This document shows, piece by piece, positions 12,901-22,365 of a stretch of 64,000 nt of DNA. This DNA comes from Octopus bimaculoides (lineage: Eukaryota), in the NCBI RefSeq assembly GCF_001194135.2, contig NC_068990.1, positions 48,322,400-48,386,399 on the forward strand. The letters are read 5' to 3'. Positions within the stretch are counted from its first letter, which is position 1. Every line of letters begins with the position of its first letter. Below the pieces are notes generated by a model. That model saw nothing but the letters and a program-made list of their open reading frames with translations. It made no database searches and was not told the DNA's origin. The position numbers were made by a program, and so were the translations under genes.

Positions 12901-15900
12901 CCCCAATTTGTTCATTTGCTTTCTTTACAGAAGACCAATTAGGGGAGGAAATTCCTGATGGAAATTTAGGTTTTATGGTAGTCCCAATTTCATCCTTTAG
13001 TACTTTCTTATTATCTGTCTGTTTAGGGGTTTGCTTCATCATTTTCCTAGCTTTATCATCATCTTCAGTAAGTGAAGATTTTTCAAACATTTTTCTTCTG
13101 GAACTGACAAATGAAGAAGCATTTTGGAAAGGAAGCCTTGGCTTGTCTGTTGCCTCAAGTTTTTCTTCAGGCATTTCATCATCTCTAGACTTTTCTACAT
13201 TTACTGTTGAAACTTTTTCAGAGCCATCTGTATTACTGGGAGATACTTTTATGTCCTTTTTAATTCTGTAGTATTTATCAAAGGGATTAAATGAATCATC
13301 TTCCCTTGGAGGCTGTTTGTTGGTAATTTTCCCACCAATTTTCTGAGAGGAACTTTTATCACTATGTTGACTATCACTTGATTGAACAGATGGGGATAGA
13401 AACTGTTGTTTCTCAGCAGACCCTATTTTTTCTTCTCTAGTATCTTTCACTGGTTTTTTAAGAAATTTGTCTTTACTGTCAGTATCATGTAGGACTGGGT
13501 CTTTTGTGAGAGAGTATGATTTTTTATCTCTCAGTTCATCTTTTGGTTTATCAACTTTTGAAATTTGAGGGACAGCTTTCTTGTCTTGAGCATCATCCTT
13601 ACTCTCCCTATCAGTTGAAAGTTGATTTGATTTCTTGATAGATGGAAATCTAGATTTTTGGATAAATGCAACTTTTTCCTCTTCTATTTCGTTATTCTGT
13701 TTAGGGAGTTGCTTGACCATTTTTCTAGCTTTATCATCATCTTCAGTAAATGGAGATTGCTCAAAGATTTTTCTTCTGTTGTTGTGAACGGAAGGAATAG
13801 CTTGGAAAGGAAGCCTTGGTTTATCTGTTGCCTCAAGTTTTTCTTCAGGCATGCCATCAACTCTTGACTTTCCTAAATTTACTGTTGAAACTTTTTCAGA
13901 GCCATCTGTAATACTGGGAGATACTTTGATGTCCTTTTTAATTCTGTAGTATTTATCAAAGGGATTAAATGAATCATCTTCCCTTGGAGGCTGTTTGTTG
14001 GTAATTTTCCCACCAATTTTCTGAGAGGAGCTTTTATCACTATGTTCACTACTACTTGATTGAACAGATGGGGATAGAAACTGTTGTTTCTCAGCAACCC
14101 CATTTTTTTCTTCGCTAGTTTCTTTCACTGGTTTTTTAAGAAATTTGTCTTTACTATCAGTATCATGTAGGATTTTTGTTGACAATTTGGTTGATGGATC
14201 TTTTGAATCAGAACGTGCTTGGTCATCTGTCTGTTGGGATTTCTTTACAACTTTTCGTTCAGTTTCATGTGTTGATGTTATTTTGGGGGCAACAAGCTCC
14301 TCTATGTTGTCTTTATCTTCTTTATCATAGAAAACTTTTGTTGGAAGTTGACTTGGTATATTGACATCAGATGGAAATCTAGATTTTTGGACAAATGCAA
14401 CTTTTTCTNNNNNNNNNNNNNNNNNNNNNNNNNNNNNNNNNNNNNNNNNNNNNNNNNNNNNNNNNNNNNNNNNNNNNNNNNNNNNNNNNNNNNNNNNNNN
14501 NNNNNNNNNNNNNNNNNNNNNNNNNNNNNNNNNNNNNNNNNNNNNNNNNNNNNNNNNNNNNNNNNNNNNNNNNNNNNNNNNNNNNNNNNNNNNNNNNNNN
14601 NNNNNNNNNNNNNNNNNNNNNNNNNNNNNNNNNNNNNNNNNNNNNNNNNNNNNNNNNNNNNNNNNNNNNNNNNNNNNNNNNNNNNNNNNNNNNNNNNNNN
14701 NNNNNNNNNNNNNNNNNNNNNNNNNNNNNNNNNNNNNNNNNNNNNNNNNNNNNNNNNNNNNNNNNNNNNNNNNNNNNNNNNNNNNNNNNNNNNNNNNNNN
14801 NNNNNNNNNNNNNNNNNNNNNNNNNNNNNNNNNNNNNNNNNNNNNNNNNNNNNNNNNNNNNNNNNNNNNNNNNNNNNNNNNNNNNNNNNNNNNNNNNNNN
14901 NNNNNNNNNNNNNNNNNNNNNNNNNNNNNNNNNNNNNNNNNNNNNNNNNNNNNNNNNNNNNNNNNNNNNNNNNNNNNNNNNNNNNNNNNNNNNNNNNNNN
15001 NNNNNNNNNNNNNNNNNNNNNNNNNNNNNNNNNNNNNNNNNNNNNNNNNNNNNNNNNNNNNNNNNNNNNNNNNNNNNNNNNNNNNNNNNNNNNNNNNNNN
15101 NNNNNNNNNNNNNNNNNNNNNNNNNNNNNNNNNNNNNNNNNNNNNNNNNNNNNNNNNNNNNNNNNNNNNNNNNNNNNNNNNNNNNNNNNNNNNNNNNNNN
15201 NNNNNNNNNNNNNNNNNNNNNNNNNNNNNNNNNNNNNNNNNNNNNNNNNNNNNNNNNNNNNNNNNNNNNNNNNNNNNNNNNNNNNNNNNNNNNNNNNNNN
15301 NNNNNNNNNNNNNNNNNNNNNNNNNNNNNNNNNNNNNNNNNNNNNNNNNNNNNNNNNNNNNNNNNNNNTTTTTTAAGAAATTTGTCTTTACTATCAGTAT
15401 CATGTAGGATTTTTGTTGACAATTTGGTTGATGGATCTTTTGAATCAGAACGTGCTTGGTCATCTGTCTGTTGGGATTTCTTTACAACTTTTCGTTCAGT
15501 TTCATGTGTTGATGTTATTTTGGGGGCAACAAGCTCCTCTATGTTGTCTTTATCTTCTTTATCATAGAAAACTTTTGTTGGAAGTTGACTTGGTATATTG
15601 ACATCAGATGGAAATCTAGATTTTTGGACAAATGCAACTTTTTCTTCTTGAACTTCGTTATTACGAAGGTCAACTGTCCGTTTACTGGGCTGTTTGATTA
15701 TTTTTGTTGCTTTATCATCTTCAGTAAATGGGGATTGCTCAAACATCTTCTTTCTGGAACTGTCAGCTGACAGAGTACTTTGGAAAGGAACCCTTGGCTT
15801 CTGTATTGATTGAAGCTTTTCTTCACTGAATCCATTTATGTAAGACTCTTCAGTTTTTTTCATTGTAATGTCTAAAGTTTTGCCAGGAGAAAATTTAACA

Positions 15901-16078
15901 TCTCTCCTGTTTGCAGAAAAGAGACTGTCAGATTCTTTTTGCACAGACATTGTAGAATGTTTAGACTTATCAGATTCACCAAATTGGTCAGAATGAACTT
16001 GCTGCTTCTCTCCAGTAAAGGTAAGTACATCACCATCCTCCTTACCTACCAGGCCTAAAGGTTTGACAGATTCACTTT
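6980..16078 (-). CDS. Giant coding exon (probably terminal) of an unidentified gene; intrinsically disordered S/K/E/T-rich protein with tandem repeats
   Basis: Acceptor ctttttactccttgcag|AA AGT GAA at 16079/16078 (phase 1). The frame is open through 15950 (MSVQKES...) to the gap at 15369 and again from 14408 to TAA at 6982-6980. The two ORF-track entries (14379..15950, 6980..15463) join via the identical 277-bp gap flanks. A stop-free run of about 2,600 codons in AT-rich DNA is not expected by chance. Confidence 0.88.
8905..11265 (-). repeat. Coding minisatellite: about 33 units of 75 bp (25 aa, consensus ADKHVANLASPKSKETTFGSEENIS)
   Basis: Directly visible in DNA (recurring tctgaaccaaatgttgtctc...gccacatgttt) and in translation; a few units are shortened in frame. 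Confidence 0.97.
13040..14165 (-). repeat. In-frame tandem duplication inside the giant exon, period 678 bp (226 aa)
   Basis: LHDTDSKDKFLKKPVK...DDSFNPFDKYYRIKK...KPRLPFQ...TEDDDKARKM occurs twice (tatcatgtagg at 13483 and 14161). A third, more diverged partial copy lies at about 15650-15830. Confidence 0.93.
14132..15645. other. Assembly gap (14409-15368) flanked by an identical 277-bp direct duplication
   Basis: 14132-14408 reads identical to 15369-15645. The offset of 1237 is not a multiple of 3, so the gap length is an estimate. Confidence 0.92.
16046..16078 (-). CDS. Candidate 33-nt mini-exon (xK/E-SESVKPLGLV-G) formed by an internal donor at the start of the giant exon
   Basis: Minus strand ...GGC CTG GTA G|GTAAGGAG. 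Phase 1 in, phase 1 out, matching the phase-1 acceptor of exon 2091-1895. Confidence 0.55.
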
Positions 16079-16680
16079 CTGCAAGGAGTAAAAAGTTAAA
16101 ACTAACGATGGTTCAGAACTGGAAATTGTAATGTTTTAATAGTAGTTGCTAAGGTAAACCTATTTCTATAATTTGAGACACTGTCATGATAAGTATAACC
16201 TTATAAAGTCTCAGATACATTAATTAAAAAAAATCTAAATGATTATTAAGTTTCATTTAAAATATGAGCATGTTCATGTAGATTTGGACTGATCTATATT
16301 ATTTTCCATTATACAGAAAAAGCATTACCATAATCATCAATATATTGAGGAAAGTATCATGGTAACTGTTAACCTTAAAGTATTTCTTTTAAAGCAATAC
16401 TCTGCTCCAAGATATCATCACATATTCTCAAAGAATTAAAATCTAATCATTAAGAAGGAATAGGAATGATTACAGTTAGATAATAAGCTACAATTTCATC
16501 TTGGAGTGGAGTAATATGTTAATAGAAGTAGCATTTTCTTTATTCCAAAGATTGGCCAAGAAGTGGACAAAGGTGAACAAAGGAACCTTCAGCAAACTAC
16601 ATGTGAATTCATGGAAAAGCAAAAAAATCTGATGATAGTCCCAAAAATCAGAGTCTATAAAACAGTCATATCGATGACTA

Positions 16681-16730
16681 TCAAGTTGACTCATTTTCTA
16701 CATTTCCTTGAACTCTTCCATCAGTATTAT
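16681..16730 (-). CDS. Possible short alternative terminal exon (xD/N-NTDGRVQGNVENEST*)
   Basis: Acceptor aattttattgattgtttatag|AT AAT; phase-1 frame of 15 codons then TGA; AATAAA at 16554-16549 downstream. Confidence 0.25.
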
Positions 16731-19661
16731 CTATAAACAATCAATAAAATTCAATAAGAGACATGGTCACAAATGCTAAATTATTCCATGTGACAAGAAC
16801 TTCCAGTAATATGGCCAGGCTTCTCAAGATACATATAAGATGAGTACAACACGTCCAAGATGGAAAGTATTACCTCTCAAAATGTATACTGCATGAAAAG
16901 TTATCCACTAATAGATACAACAAATGGGTATCACTATAGAAACTTAGAGACTGTAAAGAAGTCCTTCCATACAAGCTAACTACAATTAGAAGGTAAAGAC
17001 AAACAACCAAAATGAACACACTGGTGGTACACTGTGAATGAAGCCACCTTCCTCTTTAATAACAATCAAAAGGGAGTATAGAGAACAACAGCTGATATAT
17101 AAAAAATTATGACTCAAATAATACATAGAATGAGACTCTCATCCATAGCTTCACTGACAAAACCTAGTATAACATAAATCATCTCAAGAAACATCAATAT
17201 GTTTGCAGAAATTAAGGACCCTCACTCACTGAACTTTCATTTGCCAAACTGAAAACTACACCATTTCCATATCATATAATTATAGTTTTGTTTACTTTGC
17301 TTGGTTATAATGTAAAACAGATGACTGTGTGAATGTTCCAAGTATATGATCAACAATAATCTGAAACCTCATTTGTTTTGTAACTCTACAAATTTAAATT
17401 TTCTTTCTTGTTTGCTATACACACAAATCACAAAAAAAAAAATCACAGAACATTCTACATGGTTAATGTGAATGGAATCTAATTTTATCTTTTTTCTCAT
17501 AAATATTTCTTGCTAATTTCTTTTTATCTCTTTCAGTTTGCAATGAGTAGGATGTGTGTTTAAGAACAACTTTGGAATGAGATATTTTATCACTTGATCT
17601 CTTTTAGAACCTACTCTGCAACCAAAAACATAGGATCAAAAACAAAAGGATATTTTACATAGATGTGTCAGGAAGAACAACTGAAATCATTTCAAATCCA
17701 GTTTCATATTTGCAAACAAGTAAATCAGGATGATCTTTAATCAGTTCAGTGCTTAAGTTAATTATGAAACATTATATTATTATTTATAATTGTTTCTAAT
17801 CTAGGTACAAGGCCAGAAATTTTAGTGAGAGGCATTAGTCGATCATATTGTCCCCTGAACTGGGATAAAAAGTAAAGTTCACCTCAATAAGATTGGAAAT
17901 CAGAACATGAAGAGTCAGAACACTAATTATTCTTCCAATTCACCACTTTTATTATTATTTTTCATAATCAATAAGCACAATACAGTTTTGTAGTACACAA
18001 GATCAATGGCTTGTTCTTGATTCCTCACAAACACCACTAATAATCTAATATCTTTGGAAAAGTGTATAATGCTCCCTACTCTTATCAGAGAAAAATCTCA
18101 AGTTCCTTGCCTGTGTAAGAAACAATTACACATAAGCTGTTGTACTGAGACATTAGATATTAGTTGCTTTAGTTTTTTGTAGGATTACTGAACTAATACA
18201 TATTCAAAAAGACTTTCAAAAGTTTAAATGTTAAGAATTTGTGCAATGAAAAATATAGAAATTCAGTTGTTTTCCACACTGGCAATGTCATGTTGTTTAA
18301 CAGACATAGAATTACCTAAGTTAACTACTGGAGACACTGTTTGTAGTGTAATGAATATTATTAATGCTAAGTGTCATGTGAACTCAAGAATTCATATAAC
18401 TGGTCAGATATTTAGATCCATATTGTCTAAGACAACATGAAAGCAAAATATTTAACTTAATATTCAGCTTAAGATGAAAACTGAATTACAATTGAATAAC
18501 AAAACAATCCACCATCAACAAAATTTAGAGATGTTACAATATCCTAACATTCCTTTTAAAAGTTCTCCAAATTTTCCATAGAGCTTAATATTAAAAGCAC
18601 ATTAGTTATACTGGCTGTTTTAATAAACAAGTCAACATTTTGAAAATATTGGGCAGCACAATAGTTAGATGATGGTGATGATAAAAATAATAAAGATCAT
18701 GATAAAAATTAAATAGTAAGTAAAGATTTTGTTAAAAATCAAACTATGTGTAGAGTTATTTAATAAGAATAAATAATGTGCAAAAATAGTAGTGAAAATA
18801 ATGTAAACAGATTATAGTGAAAAATAAATTATGCATAGAATTTATAGTGGATAATAAATAATATATAGCAATTAATGCTTTGAGATTGTAGTAACATTAA
18901 ATAATTTGTAGAGATCTGAACACAAGATATAAAGAGGTATAACTAAATACCACAACACTACCAATTCTACTACTCACCACCCTTTTTAGGGTAAATAAAT
19001 TAATTTTAGTGAACAACAAAAATATCAATATTTGTCAATGGAACATCTTGAAAACATCACTTTAGTGAGTTAATGGAAAGGAAAGGAATTGTGTGTGTGT
19101 GTGTGTGTGTGCATGCACGCGCACACACATAAATGCATCTGTGTGTGTGTTGGTTCTGTTTATTTCAGAAGGGACAATGTTACAGTGTACAAAAACATTA
19201 TTAATTTTATAGGATAAGTATCAGGTTAACCCATAAGAAATGTCAGTTTTCAGGATGGAAAAAGTATAAAATGCATTCATTCCAATTTAATCTTAAATTA
19301 TCTGCAGGTTAAATCAACACTCTATTGACTAAATACATTACAAACATTGACAACACCACTAAACATATTAGTTTTCTTTGAAGCATCTTAATGAGGTAGT
19401 TTAACAACACAACAATGTGATACTTTAAATGCTTTCTTTTTTTTTTTAACTAGGAGTATAGAGCAACAGAATGTCTGTAAAACAGTCAAGTAATTTACTT
19501 TTATTTGGCATAAATTGTTGAAGATAATTCATGTAGCATAGACACAGGAATTGCTATTTGATAAATGAAGCATGCTTTGGGTCAGTGCTTCTAAAAATGT
19601 GGTGAGGTGGAAATATTTTTCTGGAGCGTAGGTTACTTCAGAATGGGAAACATATATATAT

Positions 19662-19978
19662 ATCAAAATAAGCAACAGGTTATCAATAAGTGATGCAGTA
19701 CGACCGTTTCAAGCAGCTCCATTTAATTGAACAATGCAATCATTAGATCAATTTAAATGCAGTGCCAGCTGATGATGGCACTGCATTTAAACTGATCTAA
19801 TGATTGCATTGTTCAATTAAATGGAGCTGCTTGAAACGGTCGTACTGCATCACTTCATGATATCCTGTTGCTTATTTTGATTTTGTTCACCTTACTTCGA
19901 GCTGCGCAGATAATACCAGACTGACTTGGTGCTTCAACTTAAGTACCTAATTCAACTGAATTGCAACTATTTCTTTTT
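19662..19978 (+). mobile_element. Fold-back element in (TA)n: 106-bp inverted arms with 4 mismatches and an 8-nt loop, plus a 3' unique tail; probably Penelope pLTR-derived
   Basis: 19662-19767 is the reverse complement of 19776-19881. The loop gCTGATGA contains the hammerhead core; (TA)n lies on both sides. Confidence 0.8.
19766..19847 (+). ncRNA. Penelope-type hammerhead ribozyme motif (type I, minimal helix III)
   Basis: CAG-CTGATGA-T-[GGCACTGCATTTAA...TTAAATGGAGCTGCT]-T-GAA-ACGGTCGT-A-CTG. Only 3 bp of stem I remain. Confidence 0.5.
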
Positions 19979-20439
19979 TATATATATATACTTTTCCCAT
20001 TTATGAGAGAGGGTTTTTTTCTTTTTTTAATTGAAGTGGGGGATGGGACAAAATAAAGTGAGAAACATTACTCTAGATGCTCTGTTGAGGTCCATTATTA
20101 ACTACCTTCTCTTACCTACATTTTCAAATTCTCCAATTCAAAAATTTATTACAAAAAGAAAAAAAATACAAGGTAAAATTAATTCTATATCAATAGACAA
20201 TTGATATTATCTATAAATTTGTTTGGTCAGAGTAAGAAGAGCAGAGCAGTTGGAAGAAGGTAAAAAGTAATCTTAAGATTGAAGATGTGGCAGAAATGCT
20301 TTCAATGTTTGAACTCTGCTAAAGCTGCCCCAGGGCCAGATGGTAAGACTTTAAGACTATTGACAGATAAAGTCAACAACATAAATAACAGTTCTTCCAA
20401 CAAGTTTTTATTACGAGGGAGTGAGAACTGTGCACCTTG

Positions 20440-20960
20440 GCAATATGCACATGACAGCATTGGTGGAAAGCATATGTCCCCTTAACATTTTGAAGAATCA
20501 GCATAACACTGTGACAAGAGCAGCTCATTGAATTATAGACACAATCTAACTGTGGAGGGAACCTGTGGAAGAGGTAGGCCCAGGAAGACATGGGACAAGG
20601 TGGTGAAGTATGAACTTTGAACGTTGGGCCTCACAGAGGTGATGACAAGTGACTGAGACCTTTGGTGACATGTTGTGCTTGTGAAGACTTGTCAAGACAA
20701 GTGAAATCATAGTCATGGCCGATGCCAGTGTCACGTAACTGGTATCCGTGCCAGTGGCACATAAAACACCCATGCCAATGGCACATAAAAAGCACCCATT
20801 ACACCCTTGAAGGGGTTGGCATTAGGAAGGGCATCCAGCCATTGCAATCATGCCAAATCAGACTAGCACATGGTGCAGCTCTTCAGCTTACCAGTTCCAT
20901 TTAACCCATGCCAGCATGGAAAGCAGACACTAAAGAATGATGTTAATGATGATGATGATG
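20440..20960 (+). mobile_element. 5'-truncated RTE LINE: end of ORF, 3' UTR and (GAT)n tail
   Basis: tgtggagggaacctgtggaagaggtaggcccaggaagacatgg..., then aagggcatccagcc...ccatgccagcatggaaagcagac and gatgatgat. Confidence 0.75.
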
Positions 20961-22254
20961 ATAAATCAAGTTCAAGGGCTTCAGCACAATTTATGTCAAA
21001 GAAATTGGAGAGACTTTCAGCCAAATGAATTTAGAACTATGCACCTTGGCAATATACATATTACAACACTGGTGAAAGAATACAGACTAACTAGCTGGTT
21101 ATATTACAATAACACGAGGGAGTCAATATGTTAAGAGGATATATGTTTTCTACCAGTATTGTCATGTGTGTACTGCCAAGATGCACAGTTCTCACTCCCT
21201 TGTAATGAAAGCTATAGGAAAACTAAGTTTGTGCTAGAATGATACTTCCTTGGAATGGATGCAGCATAGCCAAATACAGGAAGTTCACTTCACAATCATG
21301 AAGGCCCAGGTTCAATTTCAACTACATGGCATTGTGTGTGTCTACCATAGCCTCACTTTAACCCAAGTATTGTGAATAAAATTGGGAAGACAGAAACTGC
21401 AGAATCTCTTGAGATGAACTGTACCTATAATTCAAGGAACTAATCTTGTCATATGCTGATTCTTCTCAATAATTATGTTAAGGACATGCATGTCTGAGGG
21501 ATACTCAACCACTTTGAATGACTAAATATTCATTGCAAGAAAAAATAGCAAAAATCCTATTTTTATCAATAGAAAATGTTTCTCAAGTCTATAGGTCATT
21601 GGGTTAGTGTCTATTTCTATCTGCCATAATAATATTATGGAAGACAGAAATAAACTTGAGGTGATGATGATGACAATGACAATGGAGATGGTGATGATGA
21701 TGATGATTGTTTCAAATTGTTGCACAGGGCCAGAAATCCATCTCAGTACTAGACAAATGCTTTATTTTAACAACCCCAGAGGGATTTGAACTCAGAATGT
21801 AGAGAGTCAGAACAAATACCACAAGGCATGTTTTCCAATGCTCAAACAATTCTGTCAATCCAAGTTAATTTCAAGGTTTATTATGGAGTTATTAGACAAA
21901 GTGAAAATTACTCAGAGATAAAACAAACTGACTCTTATTAACCAGAAGTGAGCTGTATCTACCATGATAAAACAACTTTCACATCACTATAAACTAGTTA
22001 TGTGCAAACTAGTCTGCAGGACTTTATAAATGGCATGCATAACAAAACATTGCCTTGAAATTTTTTAATAGTGCACCCCATATGATGATCCATGTTTCAT
22101 GGAGCCTGCTTCTCAAAAAAAGTTACCTATTCTTGCTATAAACCCTTTGGCAAGGTAGAGAAAGTTGCTGAGCAAAAACTTCTATTTAACCATTCAATTT
22201 ATCATCTGTTCAGAAACCTACAGAATTATCTTAATGAAAATAATTATACAAATA

Positions 22255-22365
22255 TGATGGTGGCTCTCTAATGTTTGATGATAAGGATCCACCTGTTCAA
22301 TCAACTGAATTACCTGCTTTTGAATTAACATGTAAGTGGTTGAGCATTCCACAGATATGCATACC
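22255..22365 (-). mobile_element. SINE family D fragment (others at about 21400-21540 and 26570-26760, both +)
   Basis: Shared gttaagggtatgcat(g/a)tctgtgga(g/a)t(a/g)ctca(g/a)ccactt...gttaatt core. Confidence 0.6.

Noticed and set aside
14348-15567. ORF-track entries consisting mostly of X (also 29947-30724, 35806-36162, 50652-51498)
   Set aside because: Artefacts of N gaps and dinucleotide microsatellites.
15916-16026. Perfect + strand donor AAG|GTAAGT at 16020/16021 with an upstream acceptor
   Set aside because: It lies inside the minus-strand coding exon and has no supporting partner exons; likely chance without stranded RNA data.
6980-16078. Naming the gene as giant ankyrin, Futsch/MAP1B, tau/MAP2 or neurofilament
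   Set aside because: Only the architecture is similar. No ankyrin repeats, ZU5/UPA, death domain, KXGS/PGGG or rod domain is visible, and the downstream exon is not death-domain-like.
20279-20485. ORF containing NSAKAAPGPDG
   Set aside because: Probably a small LINE RT remnant (APGPDG motif) next to an RTE fragment, not a host exon.
22255-22365. Exon-like signals (CAT|GTAAGT on +, CAG|GTAATT on -)
   Set aside because: The segment is a SINE family D copy, so the signals are incidental.
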